Assembly: GCA_963826535.1 (NCBI GenBank)
Contig: CAWGXL010000011.1
Span: 64,809-128,808 of the forward strand
Origin: an uncultured bacterium
GTDB taxonomy: Bacteria; Patescibacteriota; Microgenomatia; Levybacterales; UBA12049
DNA length: 64,000 nucleotides
Direction of reading: 5' to 3'
Shown piece after piece: positions 57,175 to 64,000 of the stretch. The notes below the pieces were generated by a model, which was not told the DNA's origin, made no database searches, and saw only the letters and a program-made list of their open reading frames with translations. How positions within the stretch are numbered: the stretch's first letter is position 1; every line of letters starts with the position of its first letter. The position numbers were made by a program, and so were the translations under genes.

Positions 57175-57579
57175 CTAATAGGTTTTCTCAAACACTTTCG
57201 TTCCCTTTTTTATCTTTATAATTTTGTCAGTTGTGACTTTTAGTAAAGAATTAGAAACCATATTTTCACTTATCTCATTCAATAACTTAGCGCAGACGTT
57301 GTTAACTCGAATTGGGGTTGACGAACTTACAGATATGACTATAACACCAGGATGGTTTGTTAAGTTTGCCTCATTATAATAAATAAAATCGCGATCTAGC
57401 GTTATAAGAACTTTTTTTAGCTTCTTGCTTACGGCAAGATGTATTTGATCTCTCTTATTAATTTGTTTCTTATCATATGCGTGGATTATGGAATAGCCTA
57501 ATGATTTTAAGTAAGTAACGCTTGGGACTGGAAAACATTCGTCTGCATAAAACTGAATACGAAGTTTTCTAGAGGGCAT
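57175..57579 (-). CDS. DUF5615 (PIN-like/Mut7-C) toxin-like protein; probable start at MPSRK internal to the longer ORF
   Basis: IQFYADECFP and LDRDFIYY motifs. Classic DUF433-DUF5615 pairing with short overlap. Confidence 0.5.
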   Translation of the reverse strand: MPSRKLRIQFYADECFPVPSVTYLKSLGYSIIHAYDKKQINKRDQIHLAVSKKLKKVLITLDRDFIYYNEANLTNHPGVIVISVSSSTPIRVNNVCAKLLNEISENMVSNSLLKVTTDKIIKIKKGTKVFEKTY

Positions 57580-57769
57580 AAGAAGAAGCAAAATCCCTCT
57601 TCTTAATTTCATCTATAGCAGATTCTATATCTTTTCTTTTCAACCACGGATAAGATGCCAAAAAATCGCTTATTCCATAACCTTCTTTGATGTAATCAAG
57701 TAGATATTTAATTGGGACTTTACTTCCTCGAATTACGTCATTATTTTCTTTAATTGCGGTAGTTTTCAT
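57569..57769 (-). CDS. DUF433 antitoxin-like protein
   Basis: IRGSKVPIKYLLDYIKEGYGISDFLASYPWLKRKDIESAIDE fits the DUF433 pattern. Sits upstream of its DUF5615 partner. Confidence 0.55.
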   Translation of the reverse strand: MKTTAIKENNDVIRGSKVPIKYLLDYIKEGYGISDFLASYPWLKRKDIESAIDEIKKRDFASSYAL

Positions 57770-58086
57770 AATAAATCCTCTTATCCGACCCTATATCTTA
57801 TCCAAATGTACGCTTGGAACGAGCACGCAAAGGCGCCAATTCGGATATAGGGTCTTTGTAAGGTAATTATAGATTATCTATGTAAATATATCAATATATA
57901 TCAAGAATACTAAATTAATCAAAGTGGCTCAAAATTCTATGTCTCAATATTATAATCCGGATCGCAAATTAAATCCCTCCCAACTTCCCTTTAGAAAAGG
58001 CAGAGGAAGGATTGCAAGTTCCTTAAGCCTTGATTGTTTTCTGAATCGGTAGAAGCTATAATAAATTTGATTGATTATAAGTCTGA

Positions 58087-59589
58087 ATGAATACCCTACA
58101 AAAAATCGAGAAAAGGAAAGAAACCTGGTTTCTTCTTTTAATAGTTTTTATTTTTTTTCTGTTACAACTACCGTCCCTGATTGAGCCACTCTGGTATGGT
58201 GATGAAGGAATATATGAAGTTGTCGCAATGGCCTTGAATAACGACAGACAATTGTACAGCCAAATATGGGACAACAAGCCTCCTTTGCTATATATTATTT
58301 ATGCTGCCGCTCACGCAGATCAATTTACCGTCCGGTTTCTTTCACTATTAATCGGCGCTGTATCCGTAATTCCTTTTTATTACCTCTCGAAAAATCTTTT
58401 TCGTGTGCCAAAAATAAACAGTATTACAACAGCCGTTTATGTGCTTTTTATTGCGACACCATTTCTCGAAGGTAACGTCGCCAATGCTGAAAACTTCATG
58501 CTTTTACCGATCATAGCATCTGCGTTTTTGGTTTATAAAGTTTCAGAAATTCAAGTATCTAATCATAAACGTATATCAGCAAACTTAATTCTTAATACTA
58601 AAGATTCCATAATTTTTATTGCGGGTCTTCTACTTGGAATAGCCTTTTTGTTAAAAACAGTTGCAATATTTGATTTTGCGGCGTTTTTTCTTTTTATAAG
58701 TTTTATTAAACCATTCAATAAACAATTAATAAGAATCCTTGGAATTTATACTCTTGGACTACTATTGCCGATTCTGGTAACAGTTGGCTTTTTTGCAGCA
58801 CAGGGTAATCTTGCAGATTTTATTCAAGCAACTTTTTTTGGCAATATTGACTATGTCAGTTATGCGAATATTTTAATAATACCGCAGGGGTTTTTAATCG
58901 TAAAATTACTTATATTGTTTGTTGCGGTAATGCTAATTTATAAGAGAAGAAAATTACTTCCTCACTCTGTCATTTTTATATTTCTCTGGTTTTTATTTTC
59001 ATTATTTAACTTAATTTTTTCCGGAAGAATATGGACACATTATCTGCTTATAATAGCCCCATGTGCAGTATTAATGCTGGGCTTATTATATTACGAAAAA
59101 GCTAAAAAATTAAAAAATGTTGCGTTTGGGCTTTTACTTCTTCTGATCTTTATATCGATTGCGCATTTCAGAATAAATATAGAGACAATAACAAATACGG
59201 CAATGTATTATCAAAACTTCGTGTTTTTTATTGCCGATAAAAAGAGTACAGTCGCCTACCAAGACTACTTTGACAAAAGTGTATCCCGTGATTATGAAAT
59301 TGCGCAATTCATAGCAAATAAAACCGAACCCGAAGACACAATATTTATCTGGGGAAATAATCCGCAAATCTATGTGTTGTCTAACAAATTGCCTCCGGGT
59401 AAGTATACGGTCGAGTACCATATAAACCAAAACCCTAAACACATTGCAGAAACTGCCGAAGATATCAGAAGAACCAAGCCAAAATACGTAATTATTTTAC
59501 CGGAAATGAACAATTTTCCATTTACAATAAGGGAATATACAAATAAATATAGCTTAAAAGGTACCGATATTTATGAAAGGACTCTTTAA
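58087..59589 (+). CDS. GT-C fold glycosyltransferase (ArnT/PMT-like, GT39/GT83)
   Basis: At least 11 TM helices. N-terminal loop PLWYGDEGIYEVVAMAL (DE motif) typical of polyprenyl-phosphate-sugar-dependent GT-C enzymes. Confidence 0.55.
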   Translation: MNTLQKIEKRKETWFLLLIVFIFFLLQLPSLIEPLWYGDEGIYEVVAMALNNDRQLYSQIWDNKPPLLYIIYAAAHADQFTVRFLSLLIGAVSVIPFYYLSKNLFRVPKINSITTAVYVLFIATPFLEGNVANAENFMLLPIIASAFLVYKVSEIQVSNHKRISANLILNTKDSIIFIAGLLLGIAFLLKTVAIFDFAAFFLFISFIKPFNKQLIRILGIYTLGLLLPILVTVGFFAAQGNLADFIQATFFGNIDYVSYANILIIPQGFLIVKLLILFVAVMLIYKRRKLLPHSVIFIFLWFLFSLFNLIFSGRIWTHYLLIIAPCAVLMLGLLYYEKAKKLKNVAFGLLLLLIFISIAHFRINIETITNTAMYYQNFVFFIADKKSTVAYQDYFDKSVSRDYEIAQFIANKTEPEDTIFIWGNNPQIYVLSNKLPPGKYTVEYHINQNPKHIAETAEDIRRTKPKYVIILPEMNNFPFTIREYTNKYSLKGTDIYERTL

Positions 59590-59926
59590 AAAGATAAATG
59601 CCGACAAGATCATTAGATTAGCTACTTTTTTTTCTTTTGGCTTTCAAATATTTCATCTAGTCTACTTAGTTATTACCTATCCATACTTGCCACCATTCTT
59701 ACCTCTATTTAATCAAATGCCCTGGGGCGAAGAGCGCCTTGGGACAAAAATTGAAATCTTTCTTCCATTTTTAATAACGATATCATTTTTTTCACTTAAT
59801 CTATTTCTAACGCTTCGAATTCATGAAAAAATGCCGCTATTAGCACGTATTCTAAGTATTATTGGTTTACTTATCGCTATTCTAAGTTTTATTTTTATAA
59901 TACGTACAATTCAGTTAGTAATATAA
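59573..59926 (+). CDS. Small polytopic membrane protein
   Basis: 117 aa with 3-4 TM helices. Overlaps the GT-C gene end. Confidence 0.3.
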   Translation: MKGLFKKINADKIIRLATFFSFGFQIFHLVYLVITYPYLPPFLPLFNQMPWGEERLGTKIEIFLPFLITISFFSLNLFLTLRIHEKMPLLARILSIIGLLIAILSFIFIIRTIQLVI

Positions 59927-59928
59927 AT

Positions 59929-61023
59929 ATGACTCTTTTTCCTTCACTTGTTTTAGTTCCTTTCCTTCTGGCATTTATTATAACTGCCTGTCTTACGCCT
60001 TTAGCCATTAAGTACATGAAAAAATTCGGTATGATAGATCATCCAAAAGTGCATAAACATCCGGCAATTGTTCATACTAAGCCAACCCCGCGCGGCGGCG
60101 GAATTCCTCTTTTTTGCGGAGCGTTAATTACCGGATTATTAGTTCTACCGATTACAAAAATTACGGTGAGCATCTTTTTTGCAGCGCTACTTGCGCTGGT
60201 AATTGGTATCATCGATGACAAATTAAATGCAAAGTCAAAAGATGTATCGCCTTATCTGCGCTTTCTTGTCAACATATTAACTGCAATTATTGTTGTCGGT
60301 AGCGGGGTTAGCATCAAGTTTATAACAAATCCATTCGGAGGAATATTTCAGTTAGACGTAATAAATATTCCACTGCTTATATTACCATTTTCAATATTGT
60401 TATCTGATCTTGTTTCAATTATTTGGTTAATTTGGATCATGAATATGCTGAATTGGAGTAAGGGAATTGACGGACAAATGCCGGGTATAGTTGCAATTTC
60501 CGCAATTGTAATTGGAATTCTTAGCTTAAGATTTATTCCCTCAGGAGATCTTGCTTTGCTAGATGTGAAATTATCATTTATCATCGCGGGCTGCGCTGTA
60601 GGTTTTTTGATTTTTAATTTCTATCCTGCAAAAATATTTCCGGGCTATGGTGCGACTGCGTTATATCTACTCCTGGGAGTTGTTTCAATTCTTTCCGGCG
60701 CCAAACTTGCGACAGCAATTCTAGTGATGGGTGTTCCTACAGTAGATGCGCTTTTTACAATTGGCAGGAGGATCTATCAAAGACAACACCCCTTTAAAGG
60801 AGACAATAAGCATTTACATCACATTCTTTTGCGCCTAGGTTACAGCCAACGGCAAATAGCCTTGTTTTATTGGGTCATCTCTGCTATATTGGGTATAATT
60901 TCTTTAACATTGCAGAGTCCCAGCAAAGTATTTGCTATTATAATGTTATTAGTAATAACAATAGGTGCACTTTTTTTCCTGCACGTTATTGCCAAAAATG
61001 ATACCGATAAAATTACTTCGTGA
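59929..61023 (+). CDS. Polyprenyl-phosphate N-acetylhexosamine-1-phosphate transferase (WecA/MraY family)
   Basis: About 10 TM helices. DDKLNA...NMLNWSKGIDG and IFPGYGAT blocks resemble the MraY/WecA DDxxD and NxxNxxDGIDG motifs. Confidence 0.6.
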   Translation: MTLFPSLVLVPFLLAFIITACLTPLAIKYMKKFGMIDHPKVHKHPAIVHTKPTPRGGGIPLFCGALITGLLVLPITKITVSIFFAALLALVIGIIDDKLNAKSKDVSPYLRFLVNILTAIIVVGSGVSIKFITNPFGGIFQLDVINIPLLILPFSILLSDLVSIIWLIWIMNMLNWSKGIDGQMPGIVAISAIVIGILSLRFIPSGDLALLDVKLSFIIAGCAVGFLIFNFYPAKIFPGYGATALYLLLGVVSILSGAKLATAILVMGVPTVDALFTIGRRIYQRQHPFKGDNKHLHHILLRLGYSQRQIALFYWVISAILGIISLTLQSPSKVFAIIMLLVITIGALFFLHVIAKNDTDKITS

Positions 61024-61936
61024 TTATCTGAGGCTCTTACGTCCGCGACAATGGACGAAAAATCTTGCTATTTTTGCAGCTATTACATTCAGCGGCAATC
61101 TCTTCAATTTCCAGATAATTGATAAAGTGTTTTATGGTTTTATTATATTCTGCTGTCTTTCTTCGGCGATATATATTATTAATGACATTTTTGATATCAA
61201 AAAAGATAAGCTGCATCCATTTAAGAAATACCGTCCCCTAGCCCAAGGTGATATTCCGCTCATGTCTGCGGGGATTTTAGCATTTCTTTTAGGAATGTTT
61301 TCCTTAATTGGCAGCTATATGGTATCCCCGGCCTTTTTTGTAATTACTTTTTGCTATTTAATGCTCCAACTTTCTTACACTACAATTTTTAAACATCTTA
61401 TGATTCTGGATATTCTAGTGCTCGCTGGAGGGTATATTTTACGTGTTTATGCGGGTGAAATTGTGAGCGGTTCACATATCTCAGCTTGGCTACTTTTGAC
61501 AACGATTTCATTATCACTCTTTCTGGTCATAGGGAAAAGAAAATCGGAATTAACGTTGCTCAGTTCTTATACAGGTTCCCAGGTTACTGCCACACGCAAA
61601 ACACTTTCACATTATTCTGAAAATTTACTTGACGTGTATGCCTCAATTTTTGCAACTTCAACATTCATCTCATATGCGCTATTTACTTTTTTAGAGTACC
61701 CCAAAGGGCCTCCATTATTCGATGAAATACTGCCGGTGTATGTAAATGAATATCTGCAAAAAAAATGGCTGATGCTAACTATCATTCCGGTAGTATATGG
61801 TCTTATGCGTTATTTGCAGGATATTTACGAGAAACATGAAGGCGAAAGTCCTGAAAGAGTTATTTTTTCCGATAAGCAACTCCTAACAGCCCTAATTATC
61901 TGGACAGTATTAGTTATAGCAATAATTTATTCGTAA
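60998..61936 (+). CDS. UbiA-family prenyl/phosphoribosyl transferase (decaprenyl-phosphate phosphoribosyltransferase-like)
   Basis: NDIFDIKKDKLHPFKKYRPLAQG matches the UbiA NDxxDxxxD motif and RPLxxG. Overlaps the upstream gene. Confidence 0.55.
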   Translation: MIPIKLLRDYLRLLRPRQWTKNLAIFAAITFSGNLFNFQIIDKVFYGFIIFCCLSSAIYIINDIFDIKKDKLHPFKKYRPLAQGDIPLMSAGILAFLLGMFSLIGSYMVSPAFFVITFCYLMLQLSYTTIFKHLMILDILVLAGGYILRVYAGEIVSGSHISAWLLLTTISLSLFLVIGKRKSELTLLSSYTGSQVTATRKTLSHYSENLLDVYASIFATSTFISYALFTFLEYPKGPPLFDEILPVYVNEYLQKKWLMLTIIPVVYGLMRYLQDIYEKHEGESPERVIFSDKQLLTALIIWTVLVIAIIYS

Positions 61937-61989
61937 AAAGTTTAATCTACTATTGACAAGATGTACATAATATGCCATTATAACGATAT

Positions 61990-62280
61990 ATGAATACCAT
62001 TAGACTATCCGCTACCGCAGCGAGAAATAAATTTTTTCAACTTTTAGACCAGGTAGCTCAGGGCGCGGAAGTGGTTATTGAAAAAGACAAGAAAGAGGTC
62101 GCGGTGCTCTCTCCAAGAAAGACAAAAACCGACTGGGAGGGGTTAAGAAAAGCCTCTGCGGCAGCGCATGGTATTTTTAAAGATTACAGTATTGAAGAAA
62201 TTGCTCCTTTAAGAAAAAAAAGTGCTTGGAAAAGATTTGGAGAATGGGACAAAGGACTTTATCTTTCTAAAAAGAAATGA
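61990..62280 (+). CDS. Phd/YefM-family antitoxin
   Basis: N-terminal SATAARNKFFQLLDQVAQGAEVVIEK pattern. 4-nt overlap with the PIN gene. Confidence 0.6.
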   Translation: MNTIRLSATAARNKFFQLLDQVAQGAEVVIEKDKKEVAVLSPRKTKTDWEGLRKASAAAHGIFKDYSIEEIAPLRKKSAWKRFGEWDKGLYLSKKK

Positions 62281-62660
62281 AAATAGTTCTTGATACCAGC
62301 ATTTTGATTGATAATCTTAGAGGTGGAAAACTGTGGAACAAACTCCTTGATAGAACTGAAGAACAAGATGCGAAGCTTTATATCCCCACAATCGTCATTT
62401 ACGAGTTATATGCAGGCAAGAGCACAAGAAATACTAAGATAAGGAATCTTATTACGAGTCTGATAAAAAATTTTAGGAGAATAGAACTAACTGAAGAAAT
62501 TGCCAAACGCAGCGGAGAAATGCACAGAGACCTGGGAATGCGGTTTGGACCTCAAGATTATATTATTGCCTCTTCAGCAATAGAATTAAATGCAACTCTG
62601 GTGACTCTTAATAAAAAACATTTTAAACAAATTCCCAATCTTACATTATATCCATTGTAA
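62277..62660 (+). CDS. vapC: PIN-domain VapC-like toxin
   Basis: MKIVLDTSILID start with acidic PIN residues. 127 aa. Confidence 0.6.
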   Translation: MKIVLDTSILIDNLRGGKLWNKLLDRTEEQDAKLYIPTIVIYELYAGKSTRNTKIRNLITSLIKNFRRIELTEEIAKRSGEMHRDLGMRFGPQDYIIASSAIELNATLVTLNKKHFKQIPNLTLYPL

Positions 62661-62667
62661 TTTATTC

Positions 62668-63144
62668 ATGAAACCAAAGTTATACTTAATGTGCGGACTT
62701 CCAGGTTCAGGAAAAACAAAATTTGCAAGAAATTTTAATGAGGAGAAAAGCGGGATTGTTTTTTCAAGTGATGAATGGTTGATAAAAATGTTTGGTCGCA
62801 ATTTTCCACCTGCACAATTCAAAGATAAACAAACTCAAGCACGGGAAGCTATTGATAAACAAGCAGAAAAGACTATTAAACAAGGTAAAGATGTAATACT
62901 TGACTTTGGATTTTGGAAAAGGGAGGATAGAAAAAAATATATTGAAAAAGGAAAATCGTGGGGAGCTGAAGTTGTAATATATTATTTCACCAAGGATTTT
63001 AATATTCTGCTTGAAAGGCTAATGAGACGAGGAGAAAATTTACCTAATGATGCATTAGTGGTAAGCGAAGAAATGCTCCTTAAATTTTCAGAAGAATTTG
63101 AACCACCCGGTGAATCGGAAACCGAAATTGTCATAATTAGTTGA
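62668..63144 (+). CDS. P-loop kinase (AAA_33/zeta-toxin-like)
   Basis: LMCGLPGSGKTKFA Walker A. 158 aa. Confidence 0.45.
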   Translation: MKPKLYLMCGLPGSGKTKFARNFNEEKSGIVFSSDEWLIKMFGRNFPPAQFKDKQTQAREAIDKQAEKTIKQGKDVILDFGFWKREDRKKYIEKGKSWGAEVVIYYFTKDFNILLERLMRRGENLPNDALVVSEEMLLKFSEEFEPPGESETEIVIIS

Positions 63145-63224
63145 ATATCAACTTGCTACTACTTCCCCTCCGCATCTATTGCCCTTGCCATAGCGCGGAT
63201 GGAAATAGTACAATTAGCCTACGA

Positions 63225-64000
63225 ATGAAGAAAATATTGATTACAGGGGGTACGGGATTTCTTGGGGTTCATTTGGCCAGACGGTTGTTAAAAGATAATC
63301 ATATTGTAACACTTTTTGACTTAGCAGACTTGGATGCGGAGGATCTTAAGGGTAAAGTTAACGTCATAAAAGGCGATATCCGCAATAAAACAGCTATTGA
63401 TAAAGCAATAAAAAAGCATGAATACGTAGTGCACGCAGCGGCAGCTTTGCCGATTCAGGTTACTAAAAAAAGTATTTTTAGCGTGAATATCGACGGGACG
63501 CGCAATGTTTTAGAAGCATGCCTGCACCATAAAGTAAAAAGGGTTATTTTTATTTCCTCAACGGCGGTTTATGGCGTACCCAAACACTTACCCGAAGAAG
63601 AAACGAGTCCACTCGATCCAATTGGATATTATGGAGAGTCAAAAATAGCAGGTGAAAAACTTTGTCAAGAATATGGAGAAAAGGGATTATCAATAAATAT
63701 TTTCCGGCCCAAAACTTTTTTGGGCACTGAGCGTTTGGGAGTATTTGAGTTGTGGTTTGAAGCAATTTACAATAATAGAAGAGTATATATTTTAGGAAAA
63801 GGCCACAATAAATATCAACTCTTGGCTGTAAGCGATGTGGTTGACGCGATTGAAAAAGCGCTCTTCACAAAAGTAAGCGGAGAAATTTTTAATATCGGAG
63901 CCGGCGAATTCGGAACCTGGCGGGAAGATTTAGGCTCAGTTATTTCCCATGATAAATCCAGTTCAAAAATTACCTCTCTTCCAACGCTTCCTGCGCAATT
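63225..64000 (+). CDS. NAD-dependent epimerase/dehydratase (SDR family), 3' partial at window end
   Basis: ILITGGTGFLGVHLARRLL Rossmann GxxGxxG. YGESK catalytic Tyr-Lys. The ORF runs off the window. Confidence 0.7.
   Translation, partial: MKKILITGGTGFLGVHLARRLLKDNHIVTLFDLADLDAEDLKGKVNVIKGDIRNKTAIDKAIKKHEYVVHAAAALPIQVTKKSIFSVNIDGTRNVLEACLHHKVKRVIFISSTAVYGVPKHLPEEETSPLDPIGYYGESKIAGEKLCQEYGEKGLSINIFRPKTFLGTERLGVFELWFEAIYNNRRVYILGKGHNKYQLLAVSDVVDAIEKALFTKVSGEIFNIGAGEFGTWREDLGSVISHDKSSSKITSLPTLPAQ

Noticed and set aside
63550-63765. 71-aa minus-strand ORF
   Set aside because: It lies antisense within the epimerase/dehydratase gene, which has a clear Rossmann motif.

Overview
The window reads as a small-genome bacterium with about 38% GC. 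The lineage guess (Patescibacteria/CPR-like) is inferred from gene content: an r-protein cluster without L30, lysine/glutamate-rich r-protein extensions, DUF3467, GH130, a CdsA/CarS-like gene and dense toxin-antitoxin pairs. The core (25.4-46.2 kb, + strand) is a near-complete ribosomal superoperon: tuf, rpsJ, rplC, rplD, rplW, rplB, rpsS, rplV, rpsC, rplP, rpmC, rpsQ, rplN, rplX, rplE, rpsZ, rpsH, rplF, rplR, rpsE, rplO, secY, adk, a UPF0200-like kinase, map, infA, rpmJ, rpsM, rpsK, rpsD, rpoA, rplQ, rplM, rpsI. An ADP-ribosylglycohydrolase-domain protein closes it. Upstream on the minus strand (11.9-25.2 kb) is the most unusual locus: a sensor histidine kinase, then two stand-alone receiver proteins, a 99-aa two-helix pilin-like protein, a 1738-aa polytopic membrane protein made of about 92-aa helical repeats (containing a perfect 479-bp internal direct repeat), and a 1454-aa ClpA/B-type double-AAA+ unfoldase. 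That unfoldase lacks both the M-domain and the ClpP-docking loop. It carries Pro/Gln-rich low-complexity tails and a C-terminal region built from the same 92-aa repeat as its giant neighbour. A second striking feature is a six-member family of about 300-aa cysteine-rich proteins. All start MTFLEKY and end ELGWK, with cysteines on a strict period-3 spacing (CxxCxxC). One copy is at 5.1 kb, one at 11.0 kb, and four form a tandem A-B-A'-B' array at 46.4-50.2 kb. Two copies are frameshifted. The genome also carries several families of small palindromic repeats. One is a cccgatttaatcggg hairpin inserted in-frame into rplC and the rplV extension; a different hairpin sits in-frame in tatD. There are four MITE-like elements with GTCATT...AATGAC termini. 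A structured element recurs three times in r-protein intergenic gaps. Other content is tandem double-domain GH130 genes, a glycan-assembly cluster (GT2 with QxxRW, GT-C, WecA/MraY-like, UbiA-like) and toxin-antitoxin pairs (BrnTA, DUF433/DUF5615, Phd/VapC). No rRNA, tRNA or CRISPR array was found.
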